From: Nemertoderma westbladi
Taxonomy: Eukaryota > Animalia > Xenacoelomorpha
Direction of reading: 5' to 3'
NCBI GenBank assembly: GCA_032718475.1
Contig: JAUCBJ010000698.1
Location: 1 to 54,810 of the forward strand
Length of the DNA stretch: 54,810 nucleotides
Position numbers and translations under genes: made by a program. How positions within the stretch are numbered: position 1 is the stretch's first letter; each line of letters starts with the position of its first letter. The notes below the pieces were generated by a model. That model worked only from the letters and a program-made list of their open reading frames with translations, ran no database searches and was not told where the DNA came from. This document shows, piece by piece, positions 24,355 to 35,220 of the stretch.

Positions 24355-27300
24355 ATGGCTGACACAAGGCAAACTCTGTCAGATAGTCTCCTAGAAACAA
24401 CAGCCTGTTTCTCAGATCAAAGTGTAGAGAATCCCAGACCGAGGTCTGAAACCCCTCATACTGTAAGAAGGGCAACCCCTGCAGTGGTTGTGTCAGAACC
24501 TAGGTTGGTAGAAAAGATTTCGCAATTTGCGAAGTTAGTGAAGCGCCGTTGGTCTGCCATAGGCACTCGGGCCCAAGTCAAGCGGGATCAAGAAGAAGCT
24601 ATAAAACAGCAGCAACCTCCTAGCCAAGAACCTAGTTCTCAGCGGCCCGATAGCTCCAGTAGTTCGGATACTGTTGAGCGGACGCCCGAACGCGGAGCGA
24701 AGATGGCGGATACGGTTTATGATGAGCGGCCAACCTATGAAGAATCAACCGACGCCACTTCTTCTCAAGTGGAAAGTGAGGTGGAAAGCGAAGTGGAAAG
24801 TGAGGTGGAAAGCGAAGTGGATAGCGAGGTGGAAAGCGAAGTGGAAAGCGAATTAACAGCAGCAGAGAAGCCGCGAACTAGAGACGCCATTGACATCTAT
24901 CTGTCAGACTATCAGCGATTCATAGGAGACGAAGAGTTGAGGAGACGACTGTCTGGACTTCGCCCTAATAGTGAAGGAACCAAGCTTGTGTTGGACGCAA
25001 TCGATGCGGAAATGTTAGCTGCAAACCAAGCTGAATTTGATGAAAAACTCCGCCTCGCTAGAGTCCAAGAAGAAAAGGTAAAGAAAAGACGGATAGAGGA
25101 ACAAAAGGCGGCGGCTACGGCAGAAGCAGAAGCAGAAAGAAAAGCAGCGGCGGCAGAAGTAGAAGCAGAAAGAATAGCAGCAAGGGCAGCAGCGACAGAA
25201 GCAGAAGCAGAAAGAAAAGCAGCGGCGGCAGAAGTAGAAGCAGAAAGAATAGCAGCAAGGGCAGCAGCGGCAGAAGCAGAAGCAAAAAGAAAGGCAGCGG
25301 CGGCAGAAGCAAAGGCGGAAAGGGCAGTGGCAGAAGCAGAACGGAGAGCGTCTGAGCAGACTACCCAACTGGAGTTGGAAAATCTGCAAGAGACGCAAGA
25401 CAACATAAATAAACAGTTAACTGCTAGTCAAATGCAGATGATGAGACGATCTACTCCCAAACGCCAGGGATACACATCATCGGAGGAAAGCGAAACCACC
25501 GATCCTGAAGGCGGAGGAAATAGATCTCGTCTAAGCAGGCGTAGAAAAACAGCTCACCGTCACAAATTGCCTGATTTGCCCCCAGCTGTTAGAAGACAGC
25601 TAGCTAGCTCAGACTTAGGTAGTACGGAATCCACATACCAAACTATTCAGGTCAAAAGACTCCCAACAATAGTTGATGAGCCTGAAATAATTAGGCCTGT
25701 CGTTCCAAAAGTCACACCTGTGCTAGAGACCCCTGTACTTCCTGAGCTTAACTCTAAGTTCCCTTTACACAGTACTACACTGCCTGTACCCGGTAGAACA
25801 GTCCATGAGAATATCCCTGTCCTGGAAGCTGAGAGAGAAATCAAAGATTTGTCTCCCGTCGTCCCGCGTCAGCCCGCTACAATGTTGGCGACTCCCGCTG
25901 CAGCGGTCGAGTGGGTAGAAGAGGGACGGCGGGGGATGAACCTCCTGCTCGGACAGATGCAGGAGACTGTCCACCAGCTTAAGGGAACAGTAAGGGAAGG
26001 TAGGGCCGAATTGCAGGAAGTGCAGCAAAGTATCGCGCTGGAACGCGACAAATTGGTCAACATACAAAAAGGTATACCCATACCCCCTGTAACATTGTGT
26101 CAGCCTGTTAGGTCTGAAGTATTACATGCGCAAGGTGTGGAGCCTACACGCATCTATACTGCTAGTGAAGTAGAAACTCCTATAGCAAACCCTATTGGGG
26201 GTGATTGTAGACCTGTTGTTAATGATATTCCTTATAGACCTGATAATGATCCGAGAAATTTATATACCGATAATTCGATATTAAATAACACGATGGCCCA
26301 AGAAAGCTTTACGCGTCAGATGGCTAGAACAGAAGCCCGCCAAGCGGTTAAAGTGGGAGAGATCGTCATATTCAATGGAGATGAGATGAAATGGTTACCT
26401 TTCAATGAATATTACAAAGACAGCATACAGAACTCTGTACTATCTAACGGAGAGAAACTTAGGTTCCTCATCAAGTGCTTGGAAGGACCTCCCAAGTTAA
26501 TGGCGTTAAAGTTTATTGGACATCCAGAAGGATTAAGACAAGTTTGGGATACATTAAACATCAGGTATGGTAACAAGGATAACATAGCTAAGTATTTGTA
26601 TGCAAAATTAGTAGCCCCCAGAAACTTCCTTAGTAGCGGGATTATAGAGTTTTCCGATGAGATTCAGGAAATCTGTAGACAATTGGACTGGTTAGGTAAG
26701 TCTCATGAATATCAGAGTTCCATGGTTATTGGAGCCGTAGTCTCTACTTTACCAAAAGGTGGAGTATGTACACGCTGGGACAAGAAAGTGTTGTACATGA
26801 ATGAACAACAACGACGAAGTCCTACCATGGCTGATCTCATGTCCTTCTTGGATGGTGAGGTAAAACTCATCAAGCAGTCCCGAGAGAAAACATTGGAAAA
26901 TAAGGTAAGTGAGAAACCCGCTTCTAGGAGAAGAATAACACCGGTGTGTTACACTGACGACGGCGAAAGCAGAGTTTCTCAAGAAGAGGACAGCGGGAAA
27001 GACACTGACCGCTCTTACTACGTTGACAAAACCCCAAAAGATGTAAGTAAATATAAGGCTCGAAACAACGATAGGAGAGAACAGGTTGCCAAGACCCCCC
27101 CTCAATCTCCTAACAGAATGCACCGAAGAAAACCCGAAGAAAAAACGAGAGTGCATCAAGTTACCCAAGGTAAGGTAAGTAACATAAAACCTAACTGTGC
27201 GCTGTGCGACGGGACCCACCGTTTGAGTGCGTGTGCTGAATTTCTAAAGAAATCCCTTGTAGACAGACGTACAGTTGTGTGGGACAAGCGGTTATGCTAT

Positions 27301-30300
27301 AATTGCCTCAGACCAGGACACCAACGGCGAACCTGTTACTCCGACATAAAGTGTGCAAAGTGTGGCGCGAAACATCACATCTTGTTACACAGTGAGTTCG
27401 AACGAGACAAACAGAGTCAGGTAAGTGAGCCCGAACTACATGTCCAATTCAGTGATGTAAATGACACTGATCAGGAGTCTGAGATGGAAGGATTCTATAC
27501 TGACGAATTCTCCGACGCCAACGAATCCTGTTATCTAATCAATACCGCAGTGTATCGAGCACTTACTTATGAAAAGGACACCAACAATGAGTTTCCCCCA
27601 ACTACTTTTGCCAAACAACCATCTTGGAAAGCTCCAACTTCCAATGTAGGAATCAGAGAATTTCCTGTAGTGCAGGTAAGAGTTCACGGTCTTAACAAAA
27701 GTTACATAGTGAACGCCCTCCTTGACTCCAGCAGCACAGGAACATTCATCGATCAAGAATTAGCCGAAGATATCTTTGCTGGACAACCCAAATTCCGGAC
27801 TAAATTGAATATGTCAGGAATTATGCAGGTTTGGAAATCTACCTTAACGGCAGATTACTATGTAGGTGTGTTGTCCACCCCCCAGGATAAGTTAGGAACA
27901 CAAGGTATAAGGTCGGTAAAAATGGTGGCTATAAAGAACTTCGCTACTACTCAAGCAGACCTTTATAATTGGGACGAGGATGAGAGCATCCAACATCTTG
28001 AGATACCTCGATTCCAGACAGATTATCCTGGAGTGCAAATCCTCATCGGCCAAAACGCGCACGAGGCGCTCGAAACATTAGAGAAACGGCCTGCTCAACC
28101 GCAGCCACTGCAAACCTATGCGGTAAGAACTAGAGTAGGTTGGTACTTTACTGGCCCTTCCCGCAGGACTCTCGAAGAGAGAATGCCCCAAGAACAAATA
28201 CACCAAGTACACGATTGGGAAGTGGAGAGCAGTGAGGTGGACGAACTAACTGAGGGAACACCATACTCCTCAGATAATGACGACATCTACCAACTCTTCG
28301 ATGAAGAGAACACAATCGACTTACTTACAGAAAACCAAACTTGGAAAAGTCAGGTGAACCTTTGTCAACTGATTCACCCATCGGAACCCATCGCTTACAA
28401 TGACGAACTAAACGATGAGATAGAGCGCTACAACGCTAGAACTCGGGACGAACTAGCTGTACGATTCTTTACTCAGGAACTGGTAGAGCCCAATTCATAT
28501 GATAAGGCTCTATCGATAGAAGAAGAAAGAGCCAAGCAAATCCAGGAAACAACTACACGTTTTTTAAAGGACCAAGTTAGGTATGAAATCGGCCTACCAT
28601 TTCGAAAACGAGAACCTAGATTTATAAATAACAGACCCTTGGCAGAGAAAAGAATCGCTCAATTATATCGACGCCTTACAGCTAATGCTTCAGCGAAAGA
28701 AATGTACCAAACTCAGCTGAAGAAATTTATAACAAAGGGATACGCGGAGAGAGTACCGGAAGGAACACCAGTGACTGAGAGAACGTATTATTTAACACAT
28801 CATTACGTTCCCAAACCCGGTAAACCCCATGAAGTACGAGTCGTATTTGATGGCTCTGCTCTATATATGGGCCAATCCCTCAATTCCGAGTTGTTACCAG
28901 GACCCAACTTACTCCAATCTTTGTTGGGAATACTACTAAGATTAAGACAATATTCCATCGCGTTCGCCTCTGATATCGAAGGAATGTTCTTACAAGTCAA
29001 GGCGCTGGATAGAGATAGAGACAGCCTGAGATTTCTGTGGTGGCCTGAAGGAGACCTCAACCAGAAACCGGTAGAGTACTGGATGACCATCCAGGCTTTT
29101 GGGATCATATCAAGCCCTTCCAACGCCTGCTCCGTGGTGCGAACCACTGCGAATGACAACCGAGACTCCTTCTCCAAAGAAGTGATAGACAACATAAAAC
29201 GCAATATATACATGGACGACAATTTAAGGTCCCTTCCATCAGTAGAAGAAGCCATAGCTGTCGCGAAAGGAACGGTAGAGTGTTTGAAAAGAGGTGGATT
29301 TCGACTGACGAAATTCACTAGCAACTCCCGTGAGTTTCTGGAAGCCATACCGGTAGAGGATCGCGGAGCGAAAGACCTAGACTTAATAAAGGACGATCTT
29401 CCTGAAACCAAGACGCTAGGCTTGAAGTGGGACACTGAAAGAGACATCCTGTTTTTTCAGTTGAAACAGCGAGATAATCCAGTTCGGACCAAACGGATTT
29501 GTTTAAGTATCCTGAGCACTTATTTCGACCCATTGGGATTTATTAGCCCAGTTATATTGATTGCTCGGAGTTTAGTACAACAGATGTGGCTTGAAAACCA
29601 CTCATGGGACGATCCGCTTAAGGGAGAATTGTTGAAGAAATGGATGAAATGGGAAGATTCTCTACCTGCCATCGAGAACTTTATAATTTCCCGTGCATAT
29701 TTTGGCCATGTTCTTCCTACGTATTCCTATCAACTCCATGTGTTTGGAGACGCCAGCGACATGGGAATAGGTATAGTAGCATATCTGCGAGTCGAAACTC
29801 CGGATGGAATCAAGGTCGCCTTGGTTACCTCTAAGGCATTGATTAACAACAAGTTAAAGGTTCCTCGAGCGGAGTTAAAGGCGGCTTTATACGCTACAGC
29901 CATCGGCCGGAACGTAACGGAACAAATCGACTATCCACTGGAGAAAACGGTTTATTGGACCGACGCTTTACTCGTGTTGGAGTATCTCACCAATGAAGTC
30001 TGTCAGTTTAGCGTTTTTGTTACTAACCGAGTAGCTATTATTCTTAGTCGCACAAAGATAGATCAATGGAGACACTGCCCTGGTACGATTAATCCAGCCG
30101 ATATCGCCTCCAGGGGAGCAACTCCACAGGAACTGATAGATACTCCAGATTGGTTGGGTGGACCCGACTTCCTGAGCAAGGAAGAGGATGAATGGCCTCC
30201 TCACCTTACTACGGCAGAGATTGGACAAGCCAGGGGAGCGGAGACAGTCAAACCTAAAACCCGGGCGAGTAAATCGAAGTTATTTAAACCGACTATCGAT

Positions 30301-30375
30301 CTATCTGTATTACATACTTCCGGGAATGATGTTTCGGATCCACAATCCCTCAACACAAATAAGTGTGGAAATTAG
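24355..30375 (+). CDS. BEL/Pao Gag-protease-RT-RNase H polyprotein (2006 aa open frame)
   Basis: Gag core FNGDEMKW..F...EKLRFL; knuckles CALCDGTHRLSAC, CYNCLRPGHQRRTC, CAKCGAKHHILLH; protease ALLDSSS; RVVFDGS, LLPGPNL, DIEGMFLQV, YMDD; RNase H FGDAS, PRAEL, WTD, NPADIASRG. N-terminus has VESE and Ala/Glu coiled-coil repeats. Confidence 0.95.
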   Translation: MADTRQTLSDSLLETTACFSDQSVENPRPRSETPHTVRRATPAVVVSEPRLVEKISQFAKLVKRRWSAIGTRAQVKRDQEEAIKQQQPPSQEPSSQRPDSSSSSDTVERTPERGAKMADTVYDERPTYEESTDATSSQVESEVESEVESEVESEVDSEVESEVESELTAAEKPRTRDAIDIYLSDYQRFIGDEELRRRLSGLRPNSEGTKLVLDAIDAEMLAANQAEFDEKLRLARVQEEKVKKRRIEEQKAAATAEAEAERKAAAAEVEAERIAARAAATEAEAERKAAAAEVEAERIAARAAAAEAEAKRKAAAAEAKAERAVAEAERRASEQTTQLELENLQETQDNINKQLTASQMQMMRRSTPKRQGYTSSEESETTDPEGGGNRSRLSRRRKTAHRHKLPDLPPAVRRQLASSDLGSTESTYQTIQVKRLPTIVDEPEIIRPVVPKVTPVLETPVLPELNSKFPLHSTTLPVPGRTVHENIPVLEAEREIKDLSPVVPRQPATMLATPAAAVEWVEEGRRGMNLLLGQMQETVHQLKGTVREGRAELQEVQQSIALERDKLVNIQKGIPIPPVTLCQPVRSEVLHAQGVEPTRIYTASEVETPIANPIGGDCRPVVNDIPYRPDNDPRNLYTDNSILNNTMAQESFTRQMARTEARQAVKVGEIVIFNGDEMKWLPFNEYYKDSIQNSVLSNGEKLRFLIKCLEGPPKLMALKFIGHPEGLRQVWDTLNIRYGNKDNIAKYLYAKLVAPRNFLSSGIIEFSDEIQEICRQLDWLGKSHEYQSSMVIGAVVSTLPKGGVCTRWDKKVLYMNEQQRRSPTMADLMSFLDGEVKLIKQSREKTLENKVSEKPASRRRITPVCYTDDGESRVSQEEDSGKDTDRSYYVDKTPKDVSKYKARNNDRREQVAKTPPQSPNRMHRRKPEEKTRVHQVTQGKVSNIKPNCALCDGTHRLSACAEFLKKSLVDRRTVVWDKRLCYNCLRPGHQRRTCYSDIKCAKCGAKHHILLHSEFERDKQSQVSEPELHVQFSDVNDTDQESEMEGFYTDEFSDANESCYLINTAVYRALTYEKDTNNEFPPTTFAKQPSWKAPTSNVGIREFPVVQVRVHGLNKSYIVNALLDSSSTGTFIDQELAEDIFAGQPKFRTKLNMSGIMQVWKSTLTADYYVGVLSTPQDKLGTQGIRSVKMVAIKNFATTQADLYNWDEDESIQHLEIPRFQTDYPGVQILIGQNAHEALETLEKRPAQPQPLQTYAVRTRVGWYFTGPSRRTLEERMPQEQIHQVHDWEVESSEVDELTEGTPYSSDNDDIYQLFDEENTIDLLTENQTWKSQVNLCQLIHPSEPIAYNDELNDEIERYNARTRDELAVRFFTQELVEPNSYDKALSIEEERAKQIQETTTRFLKDQVRYEIGLPFRKREPRFINNRPLAEKRIAQLYRRLTANASAKEMYQTQLKKFITKGYAERVPEGTPVTERTYYLTHHYVPKPGKPHEVRVVFDGSALYMGQSLNSELLPGPNLLQSLLGILLRLRQYSIAFASDIEGMFLQVKALDRDRDSLRFLWWPEGDLNQKPVEYWMTIQAFGIISSPSNACSVVRTTANDNRDSFSKEVIDNIKRNIYMDDNLRSLPSVEEAIAVAKGTVECLKRGGFRLTKFTSNSREFLEAIPVEDRGAKDLDLIKDDLPETKTLGLKWDTERDILFFQLKQRDNPVRTKRICLSILSTYFDPLGFISPVILIARSLVQQMWLENHSWDDPLKGELLKKWMKWEDSLPAIENFIISRAYFGHVLPTYSYQLHVFGDASDMGIGIVAYLRVETPDGIKVALVTSKALINNKLKVPRAELKAALYATAIGRNVTEQIDYPLEKTVYWTDALLVLEYLTNEVCQFSVFVTNRVAIILSRTKIDQWRHCPGTINPADIASRGATPQELIDTPDWLGGPDFLSKEEDEWPPHLTTAEIGQARGAETVKPKTRASKSKLFKPTIDLSVLHTSGNDVSDPQSLNTNKCGN

Positions 30376-32089
30376 AGATAGAGATTGGAAATCTGGAATA
30401 CCAGACGTCTCGCAAGGAATCTCACCCATGCTGCAGAGAGCAATGCATCATTACAGTTCCTGGAATCGGCTCTGTAAAGCCGTCACATATTTAAGACGAT
30501 GTTTTCATCATCACTACTCCAGGACGAAGACCACTAGTGATCACGCTCCATTGACATCTGCACAAGTTCATGTTATTAAGAATTTACCCAAATATAAGAT
30601 ATCTGATCGTTTTCTAAAAGAGAAAATTAGTCACCAGGAGTATGAAGAAACAAATAAACAGATACTGAGACTCCTGCAATGCTATGAGGATTCCGAAAGG
30701 TACTTCCTGTTGTTGAGAAATCCACAGATGCGCTTAAGGGATCGATTCTCGAGCACAATGATAGATGGGTTAATACGTGTTGGAGGAAGACTCACCAGCG
30801 CGCCCTTATCCTTTGACACCAAATTCCCCATACTTATTAGAAATCTTGAAGTACAAATCAAGATGATTGTAGACGTTCACGGTAAACTTTATCATGCTGG
30901 GAGAGAACGAATTCTTAGCGAAATTCGAACTCGCTATTATTTTGATAAACCCCGTAGAGCTCTGAACCAAGTTCTTAGGAACTGCATACCCTGTAGGAAA
31001 GCATTCAGTAGGCCTTTAACACAGCGACAGGCAGAATTACCTAGGGAACGAGTAAGCTTCTATTAACCACCTTTTACTAATACTGGTGTAGATTTATTTG
31101 GCCCTATTGAAGTATATCGTGCGAGGACTATAGTCAAGAGATGGTGTGTCATCTTTGTGTGCATGACTTGTAGAGCCATCCATCTCGATATGGTGAACGA
31201 TCTATCTACTAACAGCTTCGTCTTAAGTTTACGACGACAGATCGCTCGCTTCGGGACGAGTAATACCATGAGATCGGATAAAGGAACGAACTTCATAGGT
31301 GCCAACAACGAGATACAGGCTTACGTGAAGGACTGGAACCAAAGACAGGTGGACGACCAGCTAAGGATAACAGCGTCTAGCTGGACCTTCAACGCTGCCG
31401 ACGCCCCTTGGTGGGGAGGAAGTTGGGAGAGATTAATTCGAAGTGTCAAAACCGCATTTCACTTTATAGTGCCATGCCGCGCGTATCTCACCGACGAACT
31501 TTTGCGGACGTTAATGGAGGAAATCGCTGCCTATCTCAACGAGAGACCGCTTATGCCAGTCTCATCGAGTCCCGATTCCCTGGAAGCGCTAACACCCGCG
31601 CACTTCCTACTGAAGAAACCTGTAGCCATGCTCCCACGATCGGAGATTGCCGACGGAGACGAATACTGCCGTCGAACTTGGCAACTTATGCAGTTGCTAT
31701 CCCGTCGTTTCGCTGACCATTTCGAGAAACATTATCTGCCCACGCTACAACTTCGAACTAAGTGGTTTGCGTAGCAAGAAAACGTCAGCGCCGGAGATAT
31801 GGTGCTTATTGTAGATCCAGACCTCCCACGTAAACGGTGGCAGACAGGTCGTATCATCGAGACACACATTTCAGATGATGGTTTAGTACGCTCAGTAGAA
31901 CTCATCGTCATGCGGCGTAACTTCAAGAAGCCAGGCATCATCTTTGAGACGCAACAACTCAATCGCCCAGTTGGTCGTTTATGTTTACTGGAAAGAGACA
32001 GAGAACTCTCCGGGAACTATGGAAAGCAAGACACTCTTCCCACGACCACCTCCCTAATTCCTCAAACATCTAGGGACTCCCTAACGTGA
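30376..32089 (+). pseudogene. BEL integrase, disrupted (frameshift before it plus two in-frame stops)
   Basis: One frame (+1 relative to gag-pol) carries IRVGGRL, H..LYHAG...CIPC, TGVDLFGP, SDKGTNFIGA, APWWGGSWERLIRSVK, LTPAHFL, WQTGRI, DGLVRSV; stops TAA 31064-31066 and TAG 31772-31774. Confidence 0.9.
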
Positions 32090-32634
32090 TACGTCTGGAG
32101 TGGGTGTATGACTATATTGTTTTATCTATTTTGTTATATTTTTATATGCGAACTTTATTATGTACTTTATTATAATCGTTTTTATTCAATTTTATTTAGT
32201 AGAATGTTATTTTAGTGATTATTTAGTAGATTAGTGCAATATATTAGTGTTTATTACGTACGTAATTACTTATAATATATATTTAGTGCGACGGCGAGAA
32301 ATAATTTTTTCTCTTTCCTTACTGTCCGTATCATATTATAAATACGTGACTACAGTAAGATGAAATGTCCGTACTTATTAAAGTACAATAAAGCCACTAC
32401 TATATTCAAGTATTATTGGTAGGCAGAGTATTAGGAATGCAAAGTTCAGATCCTCGTGTCTCGGCTAAGACAAGCTCTGGGTAGACCTTGGAAACGACTT
32501 GCCTCTTCACACTGACATTGCTTCGTGCGATATTGCTCTTCTACCTTATATTAAATAATACATATAGTAGCGTGATGTCCCTCTAACAGTAGCGTAAAAC
32601 GCGAATAAATCTGTTAAACCTTTTGACCATCTGT

Positions 32635-32912
32635 AATTCTAGTCAATTAAGATATCGCGGCACCCACCGATATACTTGAAAGACAAATTTTAGAATCAAT
32701 GGTTAACGTCCCCAGACAAGTTCTGGAATAAATCGGTGCCCATCTTAAATATTAATTTAATATTTATTAAAATCTGTAAAATTCAGATCCGTTAACAATT
32801 CTAGTCGATTAAGATATCGTAGCACTTCCCGATACTCTTAAAAGACAAAATTCATAGAATTAAGGATCCTATGTCCCCAGACCTGCTCTGGAATCAAATT
32901 GTCTCAATTTTA
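32635..32912 (+). repeat. Diverged direct repeat (about 115-bp copies, about 162-bp period) in the post-pol non-coding region
   Basis: AATTCTAGTC(A/G)ATTAAGATATCG...GTCCCCAGAC...TCTGGAAT at about 32635 and 32797. Confidence 0.8.
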
Positions 32913-33520
32913 ACATCAAATAATAAAATTCACGGGAATAAATTTAAATTCATATTTTTAAATGAATTTCATAAATTGTCATTTTGTACAATTTATAACA
33001 TTCCCAAAATCCCGTTAATTAATAGATCATGGGAGCGGAGATTCATCCTGTTGAGTGTATTAGAGTGCGAGAATCTCCAACATATAGTCAATAGCCGATA
33101 AAATTAACAAAATCATGCATAAAGAGGATATTGACAATTAAAGAATTATTATTAAATAGCATCCCAGATCTGTATGCATGAGAATTACCCTAATTCTACC
33201 GCTAGCATTCCATAATGTCACCATGGCAACACCCACGCTAGAATTAGAAGCAAGTTAAAAGAACAATAGAAAGCTTGTCCCATTGCATAGCATAGAGAAC
33301 ATAGCACACTGTTAGTATCCAAGGATACACAGTAATAAAGTGACATTCTGGAAGGCACTGACTAACGGACAAATGGCCTGTGTGTGTGCAGTTGTTGACA
33401 GTTGTGTGGAATTTGTGCATTTATAGGTGAATGTTACTGCTAAAGTATGTTTACAGTAGCTAGTCGCAATTGTAAAAATAGCCCAACTCTCCTATAGAAA
33501 GAACCTAAGTGGATCCAAGC

Positions 33521-33642
33521 CTTTGGGACGGACAGTGGAGTGACTTGTGCCGGTTATCGTTGTCGTGCTGTTGCTACATGTTGGCGTAAACACCGCGACG
33601 ACGGTACATTGGCGCTGAGAATCCCACTGTCCGGGGGCAAAG
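33521..33642 (+). other. Long imperfect RNA hairpin upstream of ORF3
   Basis: CGGACAGTGG/CCACTGTCCG, GTGCCGG/TTGGCGC, ATCGTTGTCGTG/CGCGACGACGGT and TGTT/AACA stack into one stem with several G-U pairs. Confidence 0.7.
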
Positions 33643-33712
33643 AAAAGTAGGCAGCGACGCCCGCTCGCCTAAATACAAACTTATTTGATATTAATAAACT
33701 CAGATAGCAGAT

Positions 33713-35137
33713 ATGACGGAGTTAATAGAAGATGATCTTGGTATTAGGGAGCGATATACTCTACCTTTACAAGCATTTGTGGATAGCTTAATACGCGGTG
33801 AAGCCGATCCAACCATTATGGAGGACGATGGTCGTTATATCGAACCGCCGATGTCCCAAGAGCAACTTGCGCGTGAATTGGACTATCGAAAATCCACCGC
33901 TCGCTATACGCATCGTAATAGTACGTATATGGACTTCCTAACTACCGGCCATCCTATCGATTTACATGATACGGACGATGTAGACACCGAAAGGGAAATG
34001 GTTCTATTTAAATATCATACCCAGCGGAGTCGGAACGATAAACCGAGAATAGATCACGAAAATTCTATTCGTAACAGACTGGGAAGACGAACCAATATGC
34101 CTAGAATCTGAGGAGATTCAGCCTATCGCGCCCGGAACAGCGACAACGATTACATCCTAGAATGGTATCAAGGTCCACAGTGTCTCACTGCGTACAATTA
34201 TCGCCATGCCAACTATGTTTCTCGGCAACGTTGTCGGTTATGCGCATCGAGAGACCATGTTATGCCCATGGACACAAACGTCCGCTGTTCCTATTTCCAC
34301 GAACAACCGGTGATGGAAATTTATTGTGCGTATTGCAGACTCAATAACTTGCACATTTTTGCGGTTTGCCCTCAATTTATGACTCAATGTCACCATTGTC
34401 AACTAAAGGGACACGCCAGTTTCGATTGCCCTTTTAATCACGATTTGGAAAGCGTAGTTGAAATGATCACACTACGTTACATCAGAGCTTGGGAAGCGAA
34501 CGCTGATTTACATTGTGATTCGCGCCATCGTTATTATCCTGGACGCGCTTACGAAGGAATTTATGCGTTCCATCCTTATCTATTCGCTTCTGTCGAACAG
34601 AAATCACGCATATCGAGTTACGAACTACTGAAGCGCGTCGGAGAATATATTTCAACTAAATTCGTACGCAAATTTCTCAGGAGTGTTAATCCTAGCAACC
34701 TTCATTCCTATAACTTAATCAATTATATCCGTCAGGATCCGGACTATGGAGACTTGTTTGTTAACTCACACCCCGAGTTACAGGAAGTACATCGACGGCC
34801 TTACGAATACCGAGCCCGCGAACGCGAGTTGGAAAGGACCATTAAACCCCGGAGGTTTCTAACTGCCTATGGTCCACCCACGGCCCTCGTTCAGACCACT
34901 CGTAAAGGACCCGTAAGAGCGGCTGTCTTGAAACGAGCTCTCAAAGCCGCTAGACCCCTCTCCCCGGACGTTGATGTCAATCAACCCGGTACTTCGACTG
35001 GCGGATACACCGACCATAATCCTACACCCTCTGATGCAATCATATTGCACCCTTCACCCAGGAGTTATAGCCCTCCTTGTAAAGTGGCTCGCCCCAAAGA
35101 GAAAAGGACTCTGGTTAGCTTTAAAAAACTGCGTTAA
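33713..35137 (+). CDS. BEL accessory ORF3, zinc-knuckle protein of unknown function (474 codons, one internal TGA at 34109-34111)
   Basis: ORFs 33713..34111 and 34262..35137 share a frame with no other stop between them; CRLCASRDH, CAYCRLNNLHIFAVC and CHHCQLKGHASFDC; basic C-terminus; no signal peptide or TM segment seen. Confidence 0.75.
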
Positions 35138-35220
35138 CGCCGTCCGTAACTAACTGTTTAGAGTATTTACGTATATTAGAAACTGTGATTTTGTATATTT
35201 TATAGACTCAAATCCCATTT

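Noticed and set aside
24680-24700. GGACGCCCGAACGCGGAGC resembles a tRNA-Lys primer-binding site
   Set aside because: Lacks the TGG start, has several mismatches and lies over 2 kb from the LTR inside gag; better explained as part of the conserved hairpin.
24912-25406. Antisense Cys/Phe-, Leu/Pro- and Ala-rich ORFs (also 51381-51796)
   Set aside because: Mirror frames of the Ala/Glu/Lys coiled-coil repeat in gag.
32418-32545. Hammerhead ribozyme in the post-pol fold
   Set aside because: GAAAC is present but no CTGANGA core in the required arrangement.
33713-35137. ORF3 as an envelope gene
   Set aside because: No signal peptide or transmembrane anchor seen; the Cys/His pattern is zinc-knuckle-like.
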